A DNA stretch of 64,000 bases from Bispira polyomma (lineage: Eukaryota), in assembly GCA_965649765.1 (NCBI GenBank), contig OZ287748.1, positions 40,424,001 through 40,488,000 on the forward strand, in the 5' to 3' direction. Of this stretch, positions 1 through 12,207 are shown one piece after another (position 1 is the stretch's first letter; each line of letters opens with the position of its first letter). Under the pieces are notes generated by a model, which made no database searches, was not told the origin of the DNA, and worked only from the letters and a program-made list of their open reading frames with translations. The translations under genes were made by a program, and so were the position numbers.

Positions 1-1899
1 AGATCTGGAACAAAACTTCTTATCTTAAATTCTAAGGGCCCTGTAAACTGCGACAGAAGCTCTCATTATTGTATCCTTAGACATTGTGTTCCCCTTTGTT
101 AATATTATGACTTAATCTTACAACCAACAGTAAATATCTTTTCTTGTGCATTTGTACTGAGGCTTCAGAGTATATTAAAAAAGGACTGTTCCAAATTTAG
201 AAGTAAAACTTAATTAAAGATGGCATCTGTATATTATACGCTGATTAAAGTAGAAAATTAACGTTAACTATACTTCTAAATCAATAAAACGTCTTTCACA
301 TGTACAATTCATTTTGAAATTTCAATATACTTTTTTACATAGCCCATACACACTCATGCTACTAAAAGAGTTGTAATCTAGCTACTCACATTTCGTTGTA
401 TTTTAAATCACCATTAAATCTTCTTCATGATTTTAGTGATTCATGAGTTGCATTCAAGTGCATTTAATACATGTATTTCAACTTTTACTTGTTTCAGTAA
501 AATTATTTTAAATATAAGTAGTGGTAACAATACTAAATTGTGCACTGTAGTTATAGGTCATAGAGTGAAAAAAGTGCACAGAGAATGCCTTTTATGCTGT
601 GGTCATACTGAGCTTACGCTTCGCTTACACAGGAAAATGGCTAATGTAAGGTAAAATGTAAACTTAAGCAAAACGTAGTTTGTGTAAGAAAACATGAGCA
701 TGCGGGGATAAGATGGTCCCCTAATATCCCGTTTTTTAAAAAATGTCTTGATTTTCGGACTGCTCGAAATTTTTTACGTTTTTAGCCATTTGCTAAATTT
801 TTCCGGAAACGGGTGGTGCATTCACGGCAAAAGTATGACACATATTTAATGCGTATTTGACATAAAGGTCGGGAGTAAAGCGAACTATACCTAGAAATAA
901 TATTAAGGATGAAGAGAATGAGAACAAAACAGGTTTAAAAACGTTAAAAATGAGAGCGAGACTGAAACTGGTTTAGAAGTGTGACTAACTTATTTCTAAA
1001 AACGTGGCTAATTTATTATTAAAGTTAAACGAGTTAAACATAATTGATACAGCTATTAAAACGTATTAAATGCATGTACAAACATGTACAGATGGGTACT
1101 GAATGTGTACAAAATGGCCCATACATAGATTTTTGCTACGTTTTGTCATTTTCCCAGTTTTTCACTTTGTTTTCTCCTGTTTATATACTTAGTGTGACCA
1201 CGGCATTACTGACTTGGTGTTCTCTTATTTAATGAGTTTCCACATCCATCACTTTGTGGTTTTATTAGTGATCTTAGGGATCTGGGAGTTTTCTGTGAAA
1301 CTGAAGTGACACAACTGAGGCATACTCTGGAAATTAGTAACTATACCAACATGCGTGTATTAAAGTCTATATTTTTGGGCTAGATGTAGTAGTGACTTTA
1401 TATATTTAGGCAAATACTATATATCAAGAATATCTGGATTAATATCTGCCCAGAATAACCATTTCACTGGAGAAAGCAATAAGAAAAATGTAATTAAATG
1501 TTTTAGTGTTTTGCTGTTCGATGGCTCTTCTGTTGCTTTCCACATAAAATATAGTTCTTCCTGCAATCACTGTCATTGTTTAAGAACTACAAAGGGTTTC
1601 TCCTTCAATTCATAGCAATGGCTCATCAGGACCCCTTTCTTTTGATCCAAGGCAAAAGGGGAACAATTAATGACAATTAGGAAAAACTTACTGAAGATTT
1701 TTTTTCCTAGCAACAATGAACAAAGATTGTAATGTCCGAACGGAACCCAGTTTGACCTTCAACCTTACCACTAAGATTATAAAGTCATATGGAAATACTG
1801 TCATACTAAGTCATATGGAAAACACTGGAAATTTACCTTCACGACCCTAACTTGACATTGAATCTAAGCACAGATATCAAATCAGACATGTGTATTAGA

Positions 1900-4800
1900 T
1901 TATGTGACCCTGGTTATCCCATATTACCCCCAACCATGCAACTACTGAAACTTGTGTGTCTGACACTCCTTGGAATGCCCTTGATCTGGAAGCTATGTGG
2001 CATACACTGTCATAATGAGCCTCAAAAAGTGTCCCATAAACTTGTGCACAATTATCAATGGATCAGTGCCAGAGGTGGGTATGAAGAGTACAATAGGATG
2101 AAAATTCCATCTGCAGCAAAACTAGTGCAACTGGCTGTCTTACTTATCATGGCGGGCGATATTGCCATAAATCCAGGACCAATAACTCTTGGGACATGTG
2201 AACTGCCGCTCTGTCCCAAACAAAGGTCTGATTGTTGAGGAATTTTAAAACAGTACCAGCTGTGACATCTTGGGGATCACGGACACCCATATAAAACCCA
2301 ACGATATTCCTGTATTTATAAATGACCTCACACCTGCGAATTATATTCTCAATCATATTCCTGGTAAGCATGCACCTGGTGGGGGTGTTGGAATACTGGT
2401 CAGGAACACCTTGAGTGTGAAGCGGTTAGAAGCCTTCCTGCCAAAACTTTCGAACGCATTATTGTTTCTGTACTGGTCCCCGGTCGCCCGGTCAACATTG
2501 TTGTCCTTTACAGACCACCTAGATCCTCCCTCCCGCTTTTTCTGGATGAATTCATAGGACTAGTTACTTACCTGTCAACACTTAAATCCGACTTTGTCAT
2601 GGTCGGTGATTTCAATATTCAGTATGATACTGATGCCCAATATAGCTAAAAGTTTAAATCATTACTCGCATCATGCAATCTCGATCAATTAGTTGATTGT
2701 CCAACACATATACATGGCCATACTTTGGGTTTTATTATAACCTCCTCACATTTTCTAGGTCTCTCCCAAGTACAGCAAAATGCTTGTGTTAGTGATCATT
2801 TTGCAACTCTTTGTAACTTATACTGTGACTATGTCCACAATAAAGTAGCTCATGAGGTTCATTTCCGTCAATATCATAAAATTGATATGGATATGTTTAG
2901 GGCTGACTTAAAAAATACAAGCTTACGGCTTCTTCTGATAATCCTACAACACTGTATGACCAATATGTACAATCTCTGTAAGATGTCATGGAAGATGTCA
3001 TGGACAACCTAGTGGTTGCCTACCCCTGCCTGGATCACTAACAAGTACTGGAACGCGAAGTGTTTGCACCGCCAGTATGAAAGACTATGGCGTAAGAATC
3101 TGCAGAACCCTACATTACCTGCATTATACAAGTCAAGGTTGAGGCAGCTAACTCACAGATGTAATGTTCTCATTAATAATGTCAAGTCTAAGTACTACTC
3201 AGGAATTGTTGACGAAAACTCTAATGACCCAAAGGCCCTCTGGCGTGTATTGAATGGCATATTTCACAGAAAAGCGGACTTAAAGCTGCCTGACAGCAAT
3301 TCAGATACTTCAGACGCAAACATGTTTTGCAAGTACTTTCAGGAGAAAATAGAACTAATACAAAGTAGTTTTTCTGATAGTCATCCGACTGAGTCTCCTC
3401 AAACAACTCATGTCAGCTTCACCTGTTTCACTAAAGTTGGTGTTGACTACATCAAGAAGTTAATGTTGAAATCACCAACAAAATCATGTAGCCTGGATCC
3501 TATGCCTACTTTCCTGGTCAATGACTGCATTGAAATTCTTGCACCCTTATCAACAAATTGGTTAACCTGTGTTTATCTGAACGCATGGTTCCCGACTCCT
3601 TCAAGAAGGCTATTGTTACACCCACTATCAAAAAGCAGACACTCTCAAAAAATGATCCAAAAAGTTATAGACCTGTCTCAGCCCTCTCATTCATGTCTAA
3701 ACTTGTCGAAAGGCTAGTTGTTGCTCAAGTTACAAATCATATCAACACGAATGATCTTGGCACAGTATACCAGTCAGCATATAAACAGTATAACTCTACT
3801 GGATCTCTCTGCGGCCTTTGATACTATGGACCATGCTATTTTCCTGGGCGACCTCAAACACATGTATGGCTTATCAGGTGTTGCCCTCAAATGGTTTATG
3901 TCATATCTGTCAAATAGGTGTCAGTTTATAAAGATTCACAGCACTACATCTGTTCCAAGTATCCTGAAGTATGGGGTACCACAGGGATCACTTCTGGGCC
4001 CCATCCTGTTTTCTATGTACACTGCACCTCTAGAAAAAATCATCTCTGCCTTTAAATCACTTAAAAATCATTTTTATGCAGATGATACTCAGATGATACT
4101 GCCACATCACCCTGGATGGAGCGGAAACCACCTTCAGCCATCTCGAGAAGTGCCTAAGCGAGATCCAATCACGGATGAATTCAAACAAGCTCGAATGGAG
4201 CAGCAGCCATTTGAAAAAGGTTAGAACCTCTACTCCCAACCCACATACTTGACAAGAGGTTTGAGGCAGCTGAATCAGTGCGGAACCTGGGCGTCATATT
4301 CAACTGCGATTTCTCTTTCAAAAAGCAGGTGGATGCTGTTTGCAGGTCAAGTTTTGTTGGACTTCGATACCTTCGAGAATTAAGACAGTACCTACCAAGG
4401 ACAATGGCCATCTCGGCTAGGTGGATGCTGTTTGCAGGTCAAATTTTGTTGGACTTCGATACCTTCGAGAATTAAGACAGTACCTACCAAGGACGGTGGC
4501 CATCTCGGCGGCAAATGCACTTGTCAGTAGCAGACTGGACTACTGTAATTCACTATATCATGGTTTATCCAAAGGTAACCGGAGAACATTGCAATATCTG
4601 CAAAATGCGTTAGCACGAGTTGTCACAGGTTCCGGCAAATGGTCCCACATTACACCAGTGCTCAAGTCTCTACATTGGCTCCCTGTTAATAAGAGAATCT
4701 CTTTCAAAACTGCAACCCTCATTTACAAACATTTTGACTCTGGGCAGCCGCAGTACTTACATGAATACATATATTATTACACATCCTCTGTCAATACCAG

Positions 4801-5158
4801 ACGTACTGTTGCTACAAAGAAATACCTAATTCTTCCCACCTTTAATCCTCGGATTCATAAGTCTAAAACTCATTTTGATGGATCATTTGCAAATGACGGA
4901 CCCAGACTTTGAAACAGCCTCCCGCTTGCTGTACGATCTGCCCCCACACTGTCATCTTTCAGGCGTGAGCTCAAGACTCACCTGTTTCATAAAGCCTATC
5001 CCCCTTAGCACCTTCTCCTCTGGTTACGCAAACGCTTTCTGATGCCGGCCCTTTTTTTTCCACGTATTTACGATATTGCAATGTTTTATCGTGCCTTAGA
5101 ATTTGATATACATCAAAAAATTAAGTGCATTAAAAGTTTGTTTATAATAATAATAATA
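1900..5158 (+). mobile_element. Degenerate L2/CR1-group LINE (APE endonuclease + reverse transcriptase), near full ORF2, with frameshifts and stops
   Basis: APE motifs GGGVGILV, YRPP, VGDFNI, PTHIHGH and SDHF (~2270-2800). RT motifs YRPVSALSFMSKLVE, LDLSAAFDTMDH, GVPQGSLLGP and YADDTQ (~3660-4095). L2-type C-terminus SSRLDYCNSL and HITPVLKSLHWLPV. (TAA)n tail at ~5143-5158. Internal ~92-bp tandem duplication at 4328-4508. The 5' boundary is approximate. Confidence 0.93.
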
Positions 5159-5321
5159 TTGCTCACAATAAAATCCATGTCTCAAAATCCATTAGTAAAC
5201 AAAATACAAAGCAAAAACTTAAAATTGGCTTTTGGGGGCCATAAAAGTGGTTCACAACCTTACTTTCAAGATCATGAAGCATTACAGAGATATTGTAGCA
5301 AGTTGGGTGGCATTCCAAGTA

Positions 5322-5472
5322 CAGCAGAACCTCCATTTTATGGACATCTTGGGAAAGTGGGAATTTATTATATTTGACAACAGAATATAAAAAAAAACTG
5401 TTTGGAACTGAAATTGAATATGTAATATCCAATATTTGGATAATAGAGGGTCAGATATTAGAGGTTCTACTG
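5322..5472. mobile_element. Tc1/pogo-like MITE (CAGTAGAACCTC TIR family)
   Basis: ta-CAGCAGAACCTC ... GAGGTTCTACTG-ta inverted termini with TA flanks. Same family as 47381-47566. Confidence 0.7.
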
Positions 5473-5629
5473 TAACATTTGATGAGACACGATACAAGAT
5501 ACATAAAGTTAAATTGAACTGGATGACCCATTTGACCTTGAACCCAAAGTTGTAGTTCAGATTGCCTCACCCTGGTTTCCTATATAGACTAACAATACAT
5601 TCCAAGTTAATGGACGTTTCTTGAAAAGT

Positions 5630-6890
5630 TAATTAAAATTTAAAATGGCAGACATAATCGGAAAATTTGAAAAAAAGTTGTCATAGACCCCAAACAAGAT
5701 GCCCTGTGGGCCGAAAATGAGGTGGAAATCACTCTATCTCGCATATACATTTCAGGAAAAAGACGCAAAATTCAAGATGGCTGCCAAAATCAAAAAAGTT
5801 TGAAAAATTGTCATGGATACTGAAAAAGATGCCACATGGGCCGAAAATGAGGTAAAAATTTCTGTCACACCTTTCCCGAGATAAAACGCCGAATTCAAAA
5901 TGGATGAAAAACGCTCTATCTCGCATAGACATTTCAAGATGGCCAAAAATAAGGTCGAAATTGCTCTATCCTGCATAGACATTACAGGCAAAAGATGCGG
6001 TAAATGAGGTCGAAATCCCTCTATCTTGCATAAACATTTCGAGATGGCAGAAATCGCGGTCGAAAGCGCTCTATCTCGTATAGACATTTTAAGATGGCCA
6101 AAATTCAGGTTGAAATAGCTCTATTTTACAGATATTTCCGCCAAAATCAGAAAAAGTTTTTGTCATGTATACTGAAAAAGATGCCCCATGGGCCGAAAAT
6201 AAGGTAGACATTTCTCTATCTCGCACCATTTCCGAGATAACAGACGCAGAATTCAAGATGGCCAAAATCGGAAAATCTTTTAAAAGTTGTCATAGACATT
6301 GCACAAGTAGCACCGTGGGCCGAAAATGGGGTTGAAATTGTTTCCGTTTTAAAAACCATTTCCGAGATAATGAATGTTTCCGAAAAAGACATCGGAATTC
6401 AAAATGGCCGCCAAAATCCGAAAAGTTGTTATAGATTCTAAAAAAGATGCCCTGTAGGCCGAAAAGGAGGTTGAAATTGTTCTATCTCACACTGTTTCCG
6501 AGATAACGGACATTTCCGGAAAAGACAAAGAAATTCGAGATGGCCGCCAAAATTGAAAATTTCCGAAAATTTGCATAGTCGGAAACAAGATGCCCTGTAA
6601 GCCGAAGATAACGGATGTTTTTATTGACAATCTATACAAAAAATTTTAAAATTCATAACCTGAAAATAATACAAGAAAAATGCCATGGACAAATTTTAAT
6701 ATACATGTAGCAAGGTATGTGTATGCCAGATGACAAACTAATCTGTTCAGTGGTTCTGGGGAAGAAGATTGTCAAAGAAAGTAATGTTTTTGCAGGAAAA
6801 AATCTTAATATTTTTTGAAGATCCAGGTAATAGCCTTATCCAGATGCCATGAACTTTTTTTCATCCTTGGGCCCAAAAGTACCTGTAAAA
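5630..6890 (+). repeat. Degenerate tandem array (GCCGAAAATGAGGTCGAAATCGCTCTATCT / CAAGATGGCCGCCAAAAT units), probably inside a Helentron/HINE-like element
   Basis: Recurrent motifs across 5640-6620 that are shared with the cleaner array at 46340-47650. Confidence 0.75.
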
Positions 6891-6943
6891 CATCAGGGTG
6901 TCTGTAGCACTTGTAGCTTCCGAGAAGCTGTTGACGTGTACGC

Positions 6944-7516
6944 TAGTGGTGTCATCACGAGCGACGATTGCGCACATTCACCGGTGATGATATGCCTGGG
7001 CGATAATCGGGAGTTTACAAATGTGCGCGATGCATCTCACACAAATAAAATAAAGAAATGTAAAAATACATTTAAAGCCCATGGATTAGAAAATAAAATT
7101 ATTTGTAATATATATTCTATCATATATCAACGAAACGTCCCGAAAACGGCTTTGATCTATTCTAGCATGTATATATCACATGTATCATCGTTTGGAGTAC
7201 CCCAAAGCACCAACTTCCATATAAGGATATTTAACTTTGACTCGGCAGTAATCGCTCATATGTATTACCTTATATCTGTTTTTCAATGCTGTGGTTATAT
7301 ACAGTACACAGCAAACACGAGTTACAGGTATAAGTTATTTTAATTTATGTGACTGTAACTTATAAAAACTGTAGTCGGGGATATGATTATTTAGAAACTT
7401 AACAAAATACTTTACTTTAAAAATCCATGTGCTTCAATGACGATAAATACCGCGATATCGCTCACGGTCCACTCCACGGCCTCGATTCGCAATATACACT
7501 CGCGATGACACCACTA
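6944..7516. mobile_element. hAT-like MITE
   Basis: TIRs TAGTGGTGTCATC(A/G)CGAG. Perfect 8-bp TSD GTGTACGC at 6936-6943 and 7517-7524. Confidence 0.88.
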
Positions 7517-8974
7517 GTGTACGCTTATGCAGACCCATAGGAATAAGTCAGTGAATAAGTCTCATTTTTCTGTAAGTCACTTGCAGCTTATTAAGAAAAT
7601 GATTCACAGGTTATGCATGAAAGGTACTGCCTATGTTATTAATTAAACTGTGGGATCAATCTAGAAATTATATAGAAATAGTCAAATATCTAAAGAAAAT
7701 GTTGACCTAAAAGCTATTTGGTAGATTACTCGGGCCACATTTTTGGTGTCCGCCTCACCCCTAGTTGCAAGTGGGAAAAAGATAAATACGGCAAGTACGC
7801 AAAGCAGTTGTGTAAACAGCTCTCATATTTCTGGATGAGTTAACTTACAGATTGGAGATATACTGGGCTTATTACAAAATTACAGTCCAAAGGGGGCACT
7901 GTACTTAAAGATTAAAACAACAAACTTTCATTATTTGCAGAATTTCCTATTACAAATGACAGCTTTGATAAAGATGTACTTGCAAACTTTGATGTGCAGA
8001 GTGAGCAGACTTTTTGAGATAGGCATAATAAACAATATTCCTAAATAGGGTGGCTTCTAACTGGAGTAGCTTTATCAAGTTTATCATCAAACAATTGCAT
8101 GGGGAAGTCTTAACCTGAAAGCTTGTTAAGTAGAATTGGTGGCTAGTTTTAACTAGCTTGAGAATAATTTCTTTGAGGAAAAAAACTGCTAGATATTGTT
8201 CAACCACTCTAGTTGGACACTTTCCTGGTCGTTTGATGTTTTTTGTAGAAACAGTAGCATAGAAGTTTCCTGGCCGATTGATGTTTTTTGCAGATACGTA
8301 ACATTGACCCAAGTGATATCTGCATAGAGGTGATGACTGATTTAATTGTGTGCTGTTGTAATACGAGAATCAAAACCAAGGATATACAGATAACATCCCC
8401 CCACAGCCTTTGGGTGAAATCAGACATGATGTTACACACCTTAGATCTCAAATAAGTCAAGAAAGTGTTTAGCTTGTCACAAAATATATAAGCATACAAA
8501 TATAAACCTTTTCCAACAGTAAAGGCTAAATTACTGTTGTACATACAAGTCGAAAAAGTCAACCTTACAAGTCATACTTTTTTCATAAAATCTATCTTTT
8601 TTACTTGGTCATAAAATAGAAATTCTGTTACAGGACCTATATTTATTAAGACATATATTCCACAGATATTATAGTATACTGTTTCCCAATGCGCACATGC
8701 ACTTTAGAACTAAAAAGGCACAAACTTTCTATATGTTACTGTCAGGCCCACAAGACAATATTGCCTATGGATTGAGATGTTTTAGCATCTCTATTTTCAA
8801 TATAGTTTAATGGTTATTCAAAATTATTTTACTTGTTATTCACAACTACTCAAAAAACTTTATACTGTCGTTGGTTCATGGTGCAGACCCATTTGCTTAA
8901 ACAACACCCTATTGTTTACTTCACTTCTAGGAAAGTCCTTGTTTCATTTACTTAAGAATTTATCCAGCTTTTGT

Positions 8975-9604
8975 CTAAACCGCTACCTCTGAATTAAAGC
9001 TATAAGGACATCTGTGCAGAATAACATGGTTTTTTGAAACATCAGCTGAATCAAAATAGTTCAGACCAAGCCGCAAAGCAAGTCGTTTCCCCAGTTTGCC
9101 AAGCTTCTTTCTAGAGATGCCCGATATTGTGATTGTTTCTTCATCTATATTAAATCCATCTAAAACAACACTGTAATATGTGATGCCAGCTCCAGATTTT
9201 GTGCCTTTGAGACGGATATAAATGTTATGATAATCACCTTGGTATACTAATGTATCTCCTCGATAGAACTCATACATGTTAGTGTTGTTGTCTAGAACGA
9301 AGGTTCTTTTCTTGAAAGCCCACAGGGTTTGTTGGAAGAACCCACAAAATATGAAGAAGAGAAATATATTATTTTCACTAACACTAGCCTGAACACAACT
9401 CACAGTTATAAAAACCACAAGAACAAGAAGGCTAATTACCAGTGAAACATAAAATTGACTGAACTTTACAGTGTGCATAAAAACATTTGGTTCGACTTCT
9501 TTGAAGGGATAAACTGGATTATAGTACAGGTTTTTAGCAAATACAGTTTCTGGGCTTTCTAATATGGCCAACTTCTTGAGGCCATCTGTAAGTCTTTGCA
9601 TCAT
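8975..9604 (-). CDS. TMEM249: TMEM249 (CatSper auxiliary subunit theta)-like transmembrane protein, 209 aa, single coding exon
   Basis: SPETVFAKNLYYNPVYPFKEVEPNVF, two hydrophobic helices, YRGDTLVYQGDYHNIYIRL and LGKRLALRLGLNYFD...HVILH match the recalled TMEM249 family pattern. ATG at 9604 lies just downstream of an acceptor (ttttcag) at 9617-9618. Confidence 0.85.
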   Translation of the reverse strand: MMQRLTDGLKKLAILESPETVFAKNLYYNPVYPFKEVEPNVFMHTVKFSQFYVSLVISLLVLVVFITVSCVQASVSENNIFLFFIFCGFFQQTLWAFKKRTFVLDNNTNMYEFYRGDTLVYQGDYHNIYIRLKGTKSGAGITYYSVVLDGFNIDEETITISGISRKKLGKLGKRLALRLGLNYFDSADVSKNHVILHRCPYSFNSEVAV

Positions 9605-9769
9605 TTTAGTTGCCCCTGAAAATATAAATAAAACTATTACTTGTATTGTATTCAACTTTTACTCAGCAAATTTATCTACCTTTATATGCTATTCAAAGCG
9701 CTACTTAAGATTTTCTTGAATGCCTAAGTACAACCTACCAGCAACAGTAACTGTCATTCCCCTACTCAC

Positions 9770-9857
9770 CTGATTTTTGAATCAAACACAGTAGGGATCA
9801 TATGAGCCAGAATATGATCCAGCTGGATTAGTTTAAACTAAGTTTCAATACCAAAAC
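9770..9857 (-). other. TMEM249: Putative 5'UTR exon of the TMEM249-like gene
   Basis: On the minus strand, a strong acceptor (tttttattttcag|G) before 9857 and a donor (CAG|gtgagt) after 9770. Confidence 0.6.
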
Positions 9858-11831
9858 CTGAAAATAAAAAAAAAATATTTTTCAACTTAAAGCATTAACT
9901 TTGAAACTTTTAAGTTTAACATTATGTGACTAGTACTTGATACATGATTATTTTTATACTCGATACATGATTATTTTTGTAAACTATAAGTGTATATCCA
10001 GTAATTTGAGCCATTTTACTTTACAGAATGAAGCCGAAGTTCCACTAGACAAGGTATATTGACATTATTTGTCCGAGAACGAATCCACACCAAAATCTGT
10101 AATAATTTGTATGTAAATACGGTGACACCATTTACAACTTTCTTGGCTCTTACAGCAAACTTTTTTTGAAACGAGGCCACCATATTCGGTTATTAAGTAT
10201 TTACGTATTAGCTTGGTAAAAAACTGAAACCGATTTACTTCAAATAAAGCAATTTTAATGTAAACTCGTGGAGTTAATTTTATCTCATTGCTGTGGAGTA
10301 ATACTTTTGTAAACAGCAAAACATGTCTCCTATAATCCCTAAAGCCCACACCCCACGTCCACACAATTTAAAACAAAGTAGGAGTAATATTATTACATGA
10401 TTTCTTATATAGTCAATGCACAAGAATCCGGTCCGTTCTAATTTCCAGTTTAAACATTTTTAACTTCACAATAAAGATACTTTACACATTAAAATGCCAA
10501 TACAAACTTTTGAATCTTTGAAATACAAATATTAGTTAATATAAATACACATTTTGGTAAAACATAAGTGTTCTCAACTGTTTTTAACTGTTATGATGAA
10601 TTAATAAGATGTACACAACTTTTTAATAGACTAGAAAGTGGTACCCTCATATATAAAATGTTTAGATTTCACTATTCTAACATATTTAACTTATTTTCTG
10701 TGGGTAAAAGACTATATTTTGAAAAGTACATTTTTAAACTAGGTGCAAAAGTTTTCCCAGGAGAGCGGTGACGGTAAAATCTCTACACACACTAAAGCGG
10801 CGGCAGCATAACAATGACTAATCCATAGTATCCACTGGAGTTTTCGGGTGGATACAACTATACTGCTACGGTGAGTACACTGCCTGCACATTATGGGTAT
10901 AGGGGCGCATTATGGGCATACTCAAAATTTTTCAACAACTTTTTAATAGAATTAACAGAATATGGTTGGTATTCAGTGACATATGGCATTAAAAACATTT
11001 ACTGTAAACAATAGAGTTTATCAATGCAAATAATCCACTGTAACATTAAACAAAGGAGACATCGTTTTGCCTATGTCCAATTGCCCATGATGCACAGGGT
11101 AGCAATACTATTTTTCTCACAATTCCAAGGGGTATTTGTTATGGTTTGTTTTACCTGCAAAATGATGACGTCACTCACGTCATGAAGATGAATATGATCC
11201 CTAAGTGGGGAACTAGACCTGCACATGTTCAACCGTATCTGTGTCCTTATCCGTAAAAATATTAAAGGAAGGAAACCATACAGTTAACAACACTGACAGC
11301 AAACACAATGAATTTACGCAAGTTCAATCCACATCCGTATAAAATGGGTCTGGAAGCATCTTTGGACAATTGTTATCTGCACCTGTACACGTACCCATCT
11401 CCATAATTTTAAAGAAAGAATCAATGAACATGGTCAGAATTAAATATACCTCTCCTGATCCCACACTATTTAGTATCTGTGTCTGTTCACTGAAGGGATG
11501 GTTTTATAGATCTTTTTTCTACAGACACGGATGAAACATAAACATCATTCTGATTTCACATCCTAAAAAAATATGGCTTGTAGCTTTAAAGGTAATTGCT
11601 TTTCGGCAGTTTTTGTGAAATATGTTATAAGCTACATTTTAATTTTCTCAAACAGAGGTATAGCACTGTATCTTAGTGAGGTAATGGCAACTTTAAGTTG
11701 TAGCCACTGGTGTAAATACCTTGTGTCATTTGCTTTGAAATGTAAATCCATCAAAACAGACATAAATAAGTACAGAAATGAACATTGGTGTGCAGTTACA
11801 TTCACAGATAGGGATAAAATCTCCGCTACGG

Positions 11832-12207
11832 ATAAGCCTATTTAGCATTTCGAGTGCGCAAGTCCATGTCGGGATAAATAAAAGCACATGTAAGCGATAA
11901 CGACAGAGGATTTAGAAATCTCGCAAAATGTCAGCAATTTCTTTCCACTTCAAATTTTAGAAATAATTAAAACAATTAATATAAACCATTAACAAGGGCA
12001 ACCTTTGTACCTAAAGAAAGTGTTTGATGAGAGCTTCTCGATTATAATTAAGTTCAGTTTTGCAAAAATTGTACGTTATAACATTTAATTTAAGAAAATG
12101 TAAACATGTGATCTGTTTTAGTATGCTTTCAGTGGTTTGTTCATCCCGAACCGAAGCACGCATACAGCCATTTATACATGCGCACTCGGAATGCTCAATT
12201 GGCTTAT
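11832..12207. mobile_element. MITE with ~29-bp terminal inverted repeats, superfamily unassigned
   Basis: ATAAGCCTATTTAGCATTTCGAGTGCGCA vs the reverse complement of the right end, ATAAGCCAATTGAGCATTCCGAGTGCGCA. Confidence 0.7.
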
